From Podarcis cretensis (lineage: Eukaryota), in the NCBI GenBank assembly GCA_951804945.1, contig OX638155.1, positions 29,450,001 to 29,514,000 on the forward strand: a stretch of DNA of 64,000 nucleotides. Reading direction: 5' to 3'. This document shows positions 38,154-50,195 of the stretch, in pieces. The notes below the pieces were generated by a model. That model did no database searches and was not told where the DNA came from. It saw only the letters and a list, made by a program, of their open reading frames with translations. The position numbers and the translations under genes were made by a program. The first letter of the stretch is position 1; the number at the start of each line of letters is the position of its first letter.

Positions 38154-38540
38154 AAAAGGTAAAGGTGAAGGACGCCTGGATGAGTAAGTCCATTCAAAGG
38201 TGACTATGGGGTTGCTACGCTCATCTCACTTTCAGGCCGAGGGAGTTGGTGTTTGTCCGCAGACAGCTTTCTGGGTCATGTGGCCAGCATGACTAAACCG
38301 TTTCTGGTGCAAGAGAACAATGTGATGAAAGCCAGAGCTCATGGAAATGCCGTTTACCTTCCTGCCGCAGTGGTACCTATTTATCTACTTGCACTTTGAC
38401 GTGCTTTCAAACTGCTAGGTTGGCAGGAGCTGGGACAGAGCAACAGGCACTCACTCCGTTGCAGGGATTTGAACCACCAACCTTCCGATTGGCAAGCCCA
38501 AGAGGCTCAGTGGTTTAAAGCACAGTACCGCCTGCGTCCC
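38154..38540 (-). mobile_element. Sauria SINE, older subfamily III
   Basis: Same head and tail but a longer middle and CpG decay. Confidence 0.92.
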
Positions 38541-39678
38541 TCTTTGCTGTAATGTATTGTGTATGGAGTTGTCTTTGAGAAGTGTTGGGAAACTTTATTT
38601 GATCAGAGCACTGTGGTTAGACTCCTGAACTGCTGCTGGGTATCAGGAATGCATGATTCCTTAGTTGCCCAAGGCAGATTGCTGATTATGACCTAGAGAC
38701 TGCTATGACATGGACTATGCCAAATTTCTTAAAAAGGCTTACATCTGTTGACTTGAAGAAGGATCTGAAGGATCTGACCCTAAAGATGCCCTGATAGAAT
38801 GCAAATCAAGCTGAGCTGAAAAACAGAAGAGTCAAGTCACCAAATAATGCTTCAAGTGCAAATGGACTTTGGGGGAAAAACCATTGCCTGTTAAACTGAT
38901 ATCACAGAGCACAATATATACCGAATCCCAATGAGTTCCAGAGTGCATTTTCTCAATTTATGAGTATATATCTCCCCCCTCACCCCACCCTAAATGCTAG
39001 GCATGTAAACTCAGCATGGAATCTAAAACTCAAGCTGTGTTATTTCTAGCTCATATTTCATCAACTCTGTTAAAGATCCTGAAGGAGAAATTCTGCCCTC
39101 AGTTACACTTGGGCAACTCAATTATCTTAAAGTGGAATTATACAGGAACAACTGAGAACATGGTGGGGGAGGGATGCTTGCACCTGTGGACCTAAAATGG
39201 AGATTTTTTATTTATTTTTAGTAGCTGAAACATTTCCAAGGTGCAATGGCAGGCATATGATGCTAGCTCTTCTCTACCTCCCCTTTTCTAAAATGAAAGA
39301 CCGGAAAGACTAGAAGTTTATTGATGTCTATGAGATAATAGTGATGGCTGACAACTCTCCTGATTTTCATAGAACAGTGATGAAATCAGTCATAGACTGA
39401 ATTAAAAGCCACTGTTCATGAATTTTTGGGCAGAAGTGCAAATTAGGTAGGGTTCTCATTAAAATGCAAACTGAACCAATTTTCTCTCCCTTCCCTAGAG
39501 AACAAGTGATTTTCTGTCTTAGCAGGCAGGCCTGTACAGGTGGAAAGGGCAGTTTTCAGCACCCAGCAGTCCGTCAGCATACCCTCCCAGGGAGTTCCCT
39601 CAAAAAGCAATAAAAATACAAGTAAAAAAACAATAAAAACAAGTCAGGTAAAGCATAATTGGAAACAATAAAACAGGC

Positions 39679-39804
39679 AGTAGAAACCAATTGCAACACG
39701 TTTTCAAATCAGCTTATGCTCTGATTTGAAGGCCTGTCTAAAGTAGAAACCAATTGCAACACGTTTTCAAATCAGCTTATGCTCTGATTTGAAGGCCTGT
39801 CTAA
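39679..39804. repeat. Perfect 63-bp tandem duplication
   Basis: agtagaaacc...gcctgtctaa at 39679-39741 and 39742-39804. Confidence 0.95.
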
Positions 39805-40925
39805 ATAAAAATATATTTCCCTACCAACTTTGGAGAAAACCTGGTATAATCTTCTACTATATATTTCAGAAAGTGCTTTGTCCATTTTTGATAGATTCAG
39901 CTGCCTCTTAAGATATTGTTGCCAAAATTAGCACAAGGGTTTCTGCAGTGGGAGTGTTTGAATCATGGATGCCATTTTGAATAAAGATGGCAGACCAAGA
40001 TGTGACTTTGGCATGACTTTTGGCACACCAGGTCCAATGTGTTCTGATTTGGAAGCCACTGAAGATATTGTTACACCATTTGGAAGGCCTTCACTAAATT
40101 TGGCATCATGGGTCCAGCCTGCTCCAATCTGAAGACACTGTTGCCCAATTTGATGTGATGAGTGGCAACTGCACCAACCTGAACGCCTCTTGAAATATTG
40201 CCACCCGACTCAGCATGAGGTGAAGGTGACTGTCTTCTTTGATGTTTTGGTGTTGGGTGTCATTTTGAATAAAGATGGAAGACTGAAACATTTGCACTCA
40301 TGTTTGAATGCTGTAGGATGCAATGAGCCATGTATCAATGTGTGTATGTGTGAGCGTGCACACAGCACAAAAATTCACATTATAGAATCCATTTAAAATT
40401 CTCTCCTTTTTTTGTTTTTCGAATTCTCTTTAAGACTGAGTCCACCAGATATTGGATGCAAGAAGGTTGCATGCAATGTACTTAAGTGGCCAGATGGTTT
40501 TGACCTTGATCAGGAAACACCTCTAATGGTAAACATATTATTTAGGGAATTAAAGTAGTACCGAGTACTAGGAAAGAGGCTTGTAGATGCAACAAAGCAA
40601 TAAACACATTTCCAATTTAAGGCAACCAGACACACACAAAATGAAATATCCTAGGGGGGTAAACCATCTACAGAATTTCCCTGTTTTCATTTTTTTTAAA
40701 ATTACAGTGAAACATTCTGTAGAAAAGAAGGGGAAAGAACAACAATAAGCAGACTTGCTTCTGCTCTGAGAATCCCTTGGATATGGTATGTTGTACCTTC
40801 CCTACCTTGACACAGACTATCTCCCCAAGGACATTTGCTTTATCAGGGGGGTGGGGTTTCCATCTTCCTCCAGACTAAATACTGTTTGAAATCCTGAAAG
40901 CGTGTTCTCCCTAACAGAGAGCACG

Positions 40926-42085
40926 TGTTGCGGTTGGGGGAACAGGCCACCCTGCCATGACTAGGCAAATTTGGTCAGCAACCCTAGCCTTTAAGGGGTT
41001 AATTGGGTTGCTGGGGAATTTTGATTGTTGCCAATTCGGAGGAGGGGTCAGAGGCTTTAAATATAGGGGCCAGACATGGGGACGTCCTCTTGGCCATTTT
41101 GCACCGGATCACCCGCCCTCCCTCCCTTTAATAGGGTGGTTTTTTCTTGATCGCTTGACCTTGCTATGCCTGTCATGGGGTCGTTCGCCTTGGAGCGGGG
41201 GCCTGGTAGGAATTTTGCCACTTGGCTGATTGGCTGGTGCCATTTGGTTTTTGCCTAAAGGTAAAGGTAAAGGTACCCCTGCCCGTACGGGCCAGTCTTG
41301 ACAGACTCTGGGGTTGTGCGCCCATCTCACTTAAGAGGCCAGGGGCCAGCGCTGTCCGGAGACACTTCCGGGTCACGTGGCCAGCGTGACATCGCTGCTC
41401 TGGCGAGCCAGAGCCGCACACGGAAATGCCGTTTACCTTCCCGCTGGTAAGCGGTCCCTATTTATCTACTTGCACCCGGAGGTGCTTTCGAACTGCTAGG
41501 TTGGCAGGCGCTGGGACCGAGCAGCGGGAGCGCACCCCGCCGCAGGGATTCGAACCGCCGACCTTTCAATCGGCAAGTCCTAGGCGCTGAGGCTTTAACC
41601 CACAGCGCCACCTGCGTCCCACCTGGTTTTTGCCTACTGCGTAGCAAATCGTCACAACTTGTAAGGTTGGCGGTTAGGCATTGGTTAATTGGTGCTTGGA
41701 GGGGTAAGTGCCTATCCCTCCAAATGATGCGGAAAGGGAATTCCGTTAAAGGAATCCAGGGGCTTGCCATTCTTTTCGTCCTTGTCCGTGGAGCCGGACT
41801 TGGGCCGTGCAAGCCCCACAGGAACATGAGGGTGAGAAGTGTGGGTCTGATTCCCAGCCTCATTTCTCACCCAATACTTGTTTCCCACTCTGGCTTCCGT
41901 TGGTGTCCGGAAGGCCAGCTCTGTCCCTGAGGACATGGACAGATAGTCATAACCAATGCCTAAGCAACCACTCACATTTTTTTGTATTTGAATAAAGTTG
42001 TGGCCGAAATTATGCCAAAAACCTTAAACAAAAATTGATGTGTGAAGTGTGAATTATTTTGGGGGTGGCACTGTGGGACTCAACA
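40926..42085 (+). mobile_element. Solo-LTR-like element with an inserted Sauria SINE
   Basis: TGttg...caaCA ends, TATA-like tttaaatata at 41056-41065, AATAAA at 41991-41996, GC/CpG-rich. No clear TSD. Confidence 0.6.
41258..41620 (-). mobile_element. Sauria SINE, young subfamily II
   Basis: 13-bp TSD tggtttttgccta (41245-41257 and 41624-41636). Confidence 0.97.
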
Positions 42086-42894
42086 CGCAAATGATTATTC
42101 ACTCAAACACCAGCTGCAACGTGAAGGAAATGCACATCTTTGCTTGCAGGGGAAGAGACTCTGGAATTGCTTGTCATGAAAGATCCCCTCAGTATTAGTT
42201 GGAACTTTACATCAAAATAGAGCAATTCTGTGAAGAAAACATCACTGGGATAGCTAGCTAGGCCATGACAGCCAGAATTCTGGTCACCTTTGTTAACTTC
42301 CAGAGATGGAAAAAGAAACAATTTTTTAAAAATACTTATTTGGGGATATATTCATTGAGAATGCTGTATTGTAACTTTTGAATAAATGTTTTTAAAAATT
42401 GAAACAAACAAATAACAAAGGCAGAAGAACCCACTGAACTTAGCAAGTCTCACTACTGTCGACATTCCCTTTTCTACTGTAATATAGCCACATTGCTTGT
42501 GTAGAATAATCTTATCCCCTGCCTCCTATGTTCTTTTTGGTAGTTTCTGCCTAGTTGCTTCAATAAGTTCTCCTGATTTGTGGCTGCTCACCTACTAGGG
42601 AATTATGTCTCTGCTATCCTATCTGGAACTTATGAGATGGCTGTTGAAAGGTTGCTTCCAACTCTGGAGACTGCATATATTTCCACAGCATTTTTAATAT
42701 AGCTTACTATATAATAAAACTGTAAGGACGCCATCATGCTGCAGTTTGTGTGGCAGCCCCTAATTCAGTTTTACTTGCTATTTTGCTGTTTGCTTTTACG
42801 CGTTTGTGGTATTTCTTCTTGAAATGAAAGGCAGCATATATATTCCTTTAACAGATAATAAAACAAGCAAACAGATAAATATTAGCTCAGATAA

Positions 42895-43062
42895 ATTCTC
42901 ACAACAACCTTATCAGATAGGTCACAATTGTCAATACTCTGTTGCAACTGAGGGGCTAAGGCTGAGAAACTGACTTGCTTCAAGTCACCCCATGAGTTGG
43001 TGGCTGATGAAAGATTTGAACTGGCATTTCTTAGCTCACTTTCCAGGCCACTATGCTACAGC
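42895..43062 (-). mobile_element. MIR/Ther1-type (Squam3-like) SINE
   Basis: ctcacaacaacctt...tgacttgcttcaagtcacc...gatttgaact...cactatgcta (reverse B and A boxes). Confidence 0.7.
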
Positions 43063-43916
43063 AGCTCTCATTTTTAAGCATAAAGTTTAGATTGTAAAGT
43101 TTGTAAAATAAAATAAAAATAGTGAATGCAATTAAATATGGGAACAGAATACTCAATGAGTTTGGTTCTGCCTAATTAGCAGCCTTGAAATCAAAACCAG
43201 ACACCTTTCCAAGTACATTTAAATGATTTGGTGTTCTAATACTGGAGAAATGCCAAAGGACCTAGAGTCCATGGCATTATTCTTCTACTTGTATTGAACT
43301 CTAACCATTGTCAGATACATTAACACTGGTTTCACCCACGCTGAACATAATATTTTGCTGTTGGTAGGTGGGAGAAACAAATGTTCAGGGGGAATAATTT
43401 ATTTGAGCAAATTTTGCAAGCTTTTAAATGCAAATCTTATCCATGTTTCTTGTGACGTGTCTCTCAAAATGGAGACAATAGTGCTATTTTATTAAGAAGT
43501 ATTCAATAAGTAAAGAGGGAGCCTCTATCAGAGGAGATACAAATGTTATTAAGAATCAATTGAATAATGACAGGTTTTACTATACTTAAAACTCTTTTCA
43601 ATGTATCTCTTTAGCGGGGAAAGTTCAATTGGTAAGAGGAAGATAAATGGGCTTGGAAAAATTTCAGTAAACTAAAATGCATCATGGAATGCCAGCATTA
43701 AGTTTTTCTTCTCCATTTTATAGCGAGCTATTGTAGTTAGTCAACTCTTTCAGAGTGTAATTTGGGCTGATGGCACTGAAGAAAATCCAGCCATTGAAAA
43801 CTAGATTTAATTCCTTTTGAACCACTCTGATTTTTTTTTAAAAAAATCTTTTTAACATGTCCCAGCACTGCAAAATCTGATGAGAAATCCACCTTGAACT
43901 GTGCGCACTTTGACAC

Positions 43917-43920
<4 letters not shown>

Positions 43921-43948
<28 letters not shown>
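43921..43948. repeat. (TC)14 microsatellite
   Basis: Visible directly. Confidence 0.95.
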
Positions 43949-43954
<6 letters not shown>

Positions 43955-44729
43955 TAAGGCAAAATGATCCTATATTCAGCAGGGTTTTATCACCGTATTC
44001 TAAAGGACTCACACAGAATGTACCTGATAGAACTGGACCAGAATGTCACCCATGATAGAAATTACGATCAAGACATGGTGGATACATAATGAGAACCTTA
44101 TCTATTTTGCAGTGGGCTGTGATTGGTAGAGAGTACCTTTAGGGGGTTGTTTACAGAAATCAGGTCTCCTGCATTAAAGGCGAAGAGGGAGGAAACTGTG
44201 TAAGTCTTTATGCTGTGTAAGTCTATATGACACAATAGATACTGGCTGTATTTATGGTATTCAGACAATGCACAAGCTTGGTCGACTGCTCTTGGGGTGT
44301 TGCTTCCTTACAAACAAAGCCTCAAAGCCCAGAACTTTGTCCTTTGCTTCAATACAATATTACCCAGGTAGTTTAGAAACGAATAGCATCACCATTTCCT
44401 CTGTTTCCAATTCTCAGACTATGAGTGCCTTTTCGATCATGTAGCCAGAATGCCACCTCAGTACAGAAGAGGGAGGTATCAGTGGCCTTGGAGGAACCCC
44501 AAGATTTGCAGAAGAACAAAAAGGATTTGGGGAAATGTATTGGGGGTCCCTCCTAAACAGCTGACTCTGCACTGAATATACACAATGGCCATGTAATGCT
44601 GACTGGGGGAAAACAGAAAACTTGGCGCAGGGAGGACAGAAAGGAGTGGCTGGAATCCCGACCCCCAGTACTCCAGAATGCAACATTTGGTTGCAGTTCC
44701 TGCTTGTTTCATTAGCCAATTCAAGTGGC

Positions 44730-45154
44730 TGAGGGGTGAAAGGATTTGCCCATTTTGGTTCTGCCAGTTTCTCATTTTTTTCAGTCTTAAATTCGATTCT
44801 CCACATTTCCACAGCAATTTGCAAATTTTATTCTTAACCCCCCTCATGAAAATTCATCAGTATTTCAGTGCAAATTTCCCCTAATAAATGCATTTTTGTG
44901 TTTCGGCTATTGTACATATTTTTGCAAGCAATTGCTCCTGACATAACACATTTGGGTATGCTGTTTTCATTAATATGTTCATTTTAGCTAGAATGTGAAT
45001 TTTTGTAAACACTGGTTCGTTGGGGAACTGCATCACAGAATTCAGATAATTTCAAAGGATGACTGTGTTTTTGTTCTTATATTGTGTTGGGGAGTGTGGC
45101 TTTCATAAATTTGGCCTTAAATGTGAACTGAATCAAATCTCTCCCCCACCCCTA
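44730..45154 (-). mobile_element. AT-rich non-autonomous DNA element (hAT-Ac-like family)
   Basis: Reverse homologue of 12011-12421; terminus caccccta. Confidence 0.7.
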
Positions 45155-45807
45155 GTTTGTTGCAGATCCCGATTGTTGCATTCTCCTTTCAAAAAATATA
45201 TACAATCATTTGCCCTCCAGATGTTGCTGAATTCTAATCCCAATCACCCTCTTTGGCTGGTCAGGGATGATGGGAAATGTAGTTCAAAAATTCTCCATTT
45301 CCATTTTAGTGCCTCTAACTGCATTTATATGACCCTGGCATCAATGACCAATCTAGGAAAACATTTCTTTAATTCAGATCTTCCTGCCCAGATGGGACAT
45401 CTGGTATTAGATGCAATCACCTCTTTACCTGGCATGGTTTTCTGAAGCTGAGTTCTGATTGGTGTGTGGCAAAGAGCAAGTCACCTACATTCTAGTCTAT
45501 AATCACATTAAGTGCTAGTTTGTTGAACTCAACTGGATTTGACTTCAAACATCACCTCCTTGAATTGGGCCTGGAAGCACATAGGCAGATTATGGGAACA
45601 TTCTCTTGTATCTTCTGGAAATGTTATCACATTGTAGCAGCGGCAAATGCAAGAAATATCAATCTGTTCGTTATTTCATGGAAATATGCATTTTATGGTT
45701 ATGATATACAGCAGTCTTGTATTAATCATCTACATGTGCCATGTAGATGACACTCTAAAATAGTACATATTAAGTAATATTATTAATATTAGAGTTGATA
45801 TTTCTTA

Positions 45808-47322
45808 TATAGCCTACCTTGATTTCAGCAAGGCATTTGACAAGGTGCCCCATGATATTCTTGTAAAGAAGCTGGTAAAATGCGGTCTTGACTATGCTAC
45901 CACTCAGTGGATTTGTAACTGGCTGACTGACCGAAGGGTGCTCATCAATGGTTCCTCTTCAACCTGGAGAAGAGTGACTAGTGGGGTGCCACAGGGTTCT
46001 GTCTTGGGCCCGGTCTTATTCAACATCTTTATCAATGACTTGGATGATGGACTCAAGGGCATCCTGATCAAATTTGCAGATGACACCAAACTGGGAGGGG
46101 TGGCTAACACCCCAGAGGACAGGATCACACTTCAAAACGACCTTGACAGATTAGAGAACTGGGCCAAAACAAACAAGATGAATTTTAACAGGGAGAAATG
46201 TAAAGTATTGCACTTGGGCAAAAAAAATGAGAGGCACAAATACAAGATGGGTGACACCTGGCTTGAGAGCAGTACATGTGAAAAGGATCTAGGAGTCTTG
46301 GTTGACCACAAACTTGACATGAGCCAACAGTGTGACATGGCAGCTAAAAAAGTCAATGCAATTCTGGGCTGCATCAATAGGAGTATAGCATCTAGATCAA
46401 GGGAAGTAATAGTGCCACTGTATTCTGCTCTGGTCAGACCTCACCTGGAGTACTGTGTCCAGTTCTGGGCACCACAGTTCAAGAAGGACACTGACAAACT
46501 GGAACGTGTCCAGAGGAGGGCAACCAAAATGGTCAAAGGCCTGGAAACAATGCCTTATGAGGAATGGATAAGGGAGCTGGGCATGTTTAGCCTGGAGAAG
46601 AGGAGGTTAAGGGGTGATATGATAGCCATGTTCAAATATATAAAAGGATGTCACATAGAGGAGGGAGAAAGGTTGTTTTCTGCTGCTCCAGAGAAGCGGA
46701 CACGGAGCAATGGCTCCAAACTACAAGAAAGAAGATTCCACCTAAACATTAGGAAGAACTTCCTGACAGTGGAATTTGCTGCCAAGGAGTGTGGTGGAGT
46801 CTCCTTCTTTGGAGGTCTTTAAGCAGAGGCTTGCTATGGGACGCGGGTGGCGCTGTGGGTTAAAGCCTCAGCGCCTAGGACTTGACGATCGAAAGGTCGG
46901 CGGTTCGAATCCCTGCGGCGGGGTGCGCTCCCGCTGCTCGGTCCCAGCGCCTGCCAACCTAGCAGTTCGAAAGCACCTCCGGGTGCAAGTAGATAAATAG
47001 GGACTGCTTACCAGCGGGAAGGTAAACGGCGTTTCCGTGTGCGGCTCTGGCTCACCAGAGCAGCGATGTCACGCTGGCCACGTGACCCGGAAGTGTCTCC
47101 GGACAGCGCTGGCCCCTGGCCTCTTAAGTGAGATGGGCGCACAACCCCAGAGTCTGTCAAGACTGGCCCGTACGGGCAGGGGTACCTTTACCTTTACCTT
47201 TTAAGCAGAGGCTTGACAACCATATGTCAGGAGTGCTCTGATGGTGTTTCCTGCTTGGTAGGGGGTTGGACTCGATGGCCCTTGTGGTCTCTTCCAACTC
47301 TATGATTCTATGATTCTATGAT
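45808..47322 (+). mobile_element. CR1 LINE, 5'-truncated, RT C-terminal region plus 3'UTR
   Basis: ORF 45845..46822 with [11 protein letters not shown] and FADD motifs; (ATTCTATG)n tail; interrupted by a Sauria SINE. Confidence 0.97.
46838..47199 (+). mobile_element. Sauria SINE, young subfamily II, inside the CR1
   Basis: 16-bp TSD tttaagcagaggcttg (46818-46833 and 47200-47215), plus 4 extra nt ctat at the 5' junction. Confidence 0.97.
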
Positions 47323-48124
47323 ATCTATTTGTTAAGACACCATCATGCAAACTGGGCTATAATATCCTATAAAAGAGGTGGTTTTTGAGTTTATTTGTTT
47401 TTTGAAATATTTCTTTCAAAAAGAAAGTAATGAAAAGGAAGCTCAGCTATGAATTTGATTCTAAGGAGCTTACAAAAACTATTTGCCCTTGCCCTTCAGA
47501 CTTGGTTCCCAGAGCCCTTCCTCCCCCTAAAATGCATTCCTTTTTTAAAAAGGGGGGCACTATATTTTATTTTTATTTTGCTGCCAATATACATTCCATT
47601 TTCATTCAGCAAATCCATAGAACACTTTTTATTTCCTTGCAGAGCTTTTGATTCAGCACATTCTTGAAGTGGAAGAAGAAATACAGAGGAAAGGAGGGGA
47701 AAACACTCCCTTGGTGATTTATACATCTTTCTGTGGGGGGGTCATGAAATGTACCACTGCACATGTCAAGAGTTCCTCGTGGCATTTATTGGAGGTCAAA
47801 TGTGACACCAAATTTCCCAGCGCAAAGAAGAAAAGTGGAGGGACTTGAAAAGAATAAGTTCAGATTGCCCTAACAACAATCATTGCAGGAAAATAAGGCA
47901 AGAACTGTTGAATGAATCCTATGAGTTGTGATACGCTGATAGAGCCTTTCCCAACCTCCTGCTCTGCAGATGCCTTTGGACTCCTAACTAGAAATGGGGA
48001 GAGAGATGCAATTCCGTTTTGCATTTAAAGCTGAAACTGCCTAAATTTGTGCCTTTTGAAACAATACTCAAACGAAAGCACAGCTCCCACTTGAAATTGG
48101 CACTTCTTTGAGTTTTGTAATGCA

Positions 48125-48936
48125 CGATGGAGTATGCTGAGTTAACTGGACTAACTGTGAGAATTAGAGAAAAAAACGAGAGAGAAAATTCTTGAAGAAT
48201 GGAAATATTTTGTGGAATAATTGAAAAAAAAATTATCATGGTTATGTTAAAACGTATGCAGGATTTGAAGTATAGCAAGAAGTGAGAATTTATATTTTAA
48301 TAATTTAGAATTAATGTCTATACAGTGGTACCTTGGTTCTCAAACTTAATCCATTCCGGAAGTCCGTTTCAAAACCAAAGCGTTCCAAAACCAAGGTGCG
48401 CTTTCCCATAGAAAGTAATGCAAAATGGATTAATCCGTTCCAGACTTTTAAAAACAACCCCTAAACCAGCAATTTAACATGAATTTTACTATCTAATGAG
48501 ATCATTGATCCACAAAATGAAAGCAATAAACAAGGTACTGCAGTCACACAATCAATCAATCAGTGACTGAACTGGGTTCCACACAGTCATAAAAACAAAA
48601 CAAAAAGAACCGCAAAAACAAAAATGCAAAACAACTAGCAATAACAGACAGACCTCAGTGTAACACTCAAAATGGAAGCATGGCACTCAAGTTCACGAAC
48701 AGGAACACTTACTTCTGGGTCTGCCGTGTTTGGGTTCCAAGTTGTTTGAGTACCAAGGCGTTTGAGAACCAAGGTACCACTGTAATGGATAAAATGTAAG
48801 TAACATAGCAGCTTTATATGGGAATAAAAGAGCACCTTGGAAGGGTCAACAGATATGAGAGATTTGTTCGGATTGTATTTTTAAAGAATTGGTAAAATTT
48901 GAAAATTTAATTAAAAATATTATTTTTAAAAAAATA
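48125..48936 (+). mobile_element. L1 ORF2 C-terminus and 3'UTR
   Basis: MEYAELTGLTVRIRE...EEWKYF...KTYAGF remnants, A-rich tail, TSD ttt(t/g)gtaatgca (48113-48124 and 48937-48948). Confidence 0.75.
48323..48782. mobile_element. Tigger/pogo-like MITE inside the L1
   Basis: Perfect 23-bp TIR cagtggtaccttggttctcaaac and TA TSD. Confidence 0.92.
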
Positions 48937-50049
48937 TTTGGTAATGCAGTTCTCCAGCCAGTAATGTCCACAAAAAAAAAAAGCTTATACTAAGGGAAAG
49001 TGTGCAAAAATATGCATATATTCATGAAACTGAAATGCATTATATTAGGGGTAAACGTGCATCTTAGGAGAAATTCGCAGTAAAATGCTAATTCATTTTC
49101 ATGAGACCTTCTTTAAAATGATCCGCAAACTGATCTGCAAATGTAGAGTACTGAACTTAAATCTGGAAAAAATGAGAAACAGAGAGAAACTGAAACTGCT
49201 CCCTCCATCCACAACTCCAGTTGCCATCAGGTCTAGACCGCATGGCTAATGGTCAGGAGGGTAGATGGAGCCACAATCAAGTAACATCTTGGAGGGTGTC
49301 AGGTATGGGAAGCCAGTACTCCTATTTCCTTCTCTTCAAAGTTATATATTAAAAAATCAGGAATATTCCAGTCCTAAACAAACTTACTAGGTGGTAAAGC
49401 CCATTAATCACTGTGGGCTTTATGTCTGAATGCATAGGATTGCATTACCCTGTTAGTGCATTAGGATCTATCCTAGCCATAGTTCGTTGGCCGCTTTTGG
49501 AACGAAATCAGGACATTTGACTCCTTATTGAATTAGCTAGAGCCAAGCAGCTTAGATATGCATAATGATACAAAGAAAACTTAATTCATGATGTTTAATA
49601 GTGTATTCACTGTATCTTCCATGCTTTGATGTGCCAATTGCCTTTTATCGAGTTACTCGTGCTCTTTTTTTTATTTTAAAGGGCTTGTTCCACAGAAACT
49701 GAAGCAAACCCATTTATGATTGCTGGACTCTTTCCATGTGCTTTTCATATTGTCTCCAAATTGCTGACCTCTTAATAGTAGGGAGGAAGTGTAGAGTGAG
49801 TTAGAGGGCTGTAAAAATAATCACTCCAGCAGCCCATCTCTTCAAGCAGTACACCCACACAAGTTTCAGTGAAATAAATGCCGGCTGCTCTCATAGTTTG
49901 TTTGGGAAAATACCTTCCTTGAGGTTGGAGAACCGAGCCTGATTACAAGATATTAATCTTGCATTTCAGGAGTGTGTTTGCATTTCAAGGAGCATGTATT
50001 GTTAAGAGGTTCCTGCAAGCGGCAGATTCACCAGCTTCCAGCAACCAGT

Positions 50050-50160
50050 GCCATGCAGTGGACAGAGAATTGAACTGGATCTGTAGAGACTCGGTTTCAA
50101 ATCCCTCCTCAACTACAAAGCTCACTGGGTAACTCTGGGCCTCTCACTAGCTCGACCACA
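50050..50160 (+). mobile_element. MIR/Ther1-type SINE head
   Basis: A-box-like gcagtggacagag, B-box ggtttcaaatccc, gctcactgggtaactctgggc. Confidence 0.6.
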
Positions 50161-50195
50161 CAGCAGTTTTGGGGAAAATTCGGGGTATTACCATG

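Larger units (their letters stand above)
37600..38690 (+). mobile_element. Very old L2 ORF2 remnant hosting two SINEs
   Basis: Flanks rejoin to HALV...CN.L...L....KL remnants. Confidence 0.45.
47989..49213 (+). mobile_element. hAT-Ac-like AT-rich element split by an L1
   Basis: Halves 47989-48124 and 48937-49213 rejoin to the family seen at 12011 and 44730. Confidence 0.7.
47942..49316. mobile_element. Old hAT fold-back MITE split by nested insertions
   Basis: Left arm gcctttcccaacct..cagatg..ggact; right arm catggctaatggtcagg...aacatcttggaggg..caggtatgggaagcc. Confidence 0.55.

Noticed and set aside
45845-46822. 325-aa reverse transcriptase ORF as a functional gene
   Set aside because: 5'-truncated CR1 lacking the endonuclease and a true start, frameshifted at the end and interrupted by a SINE.
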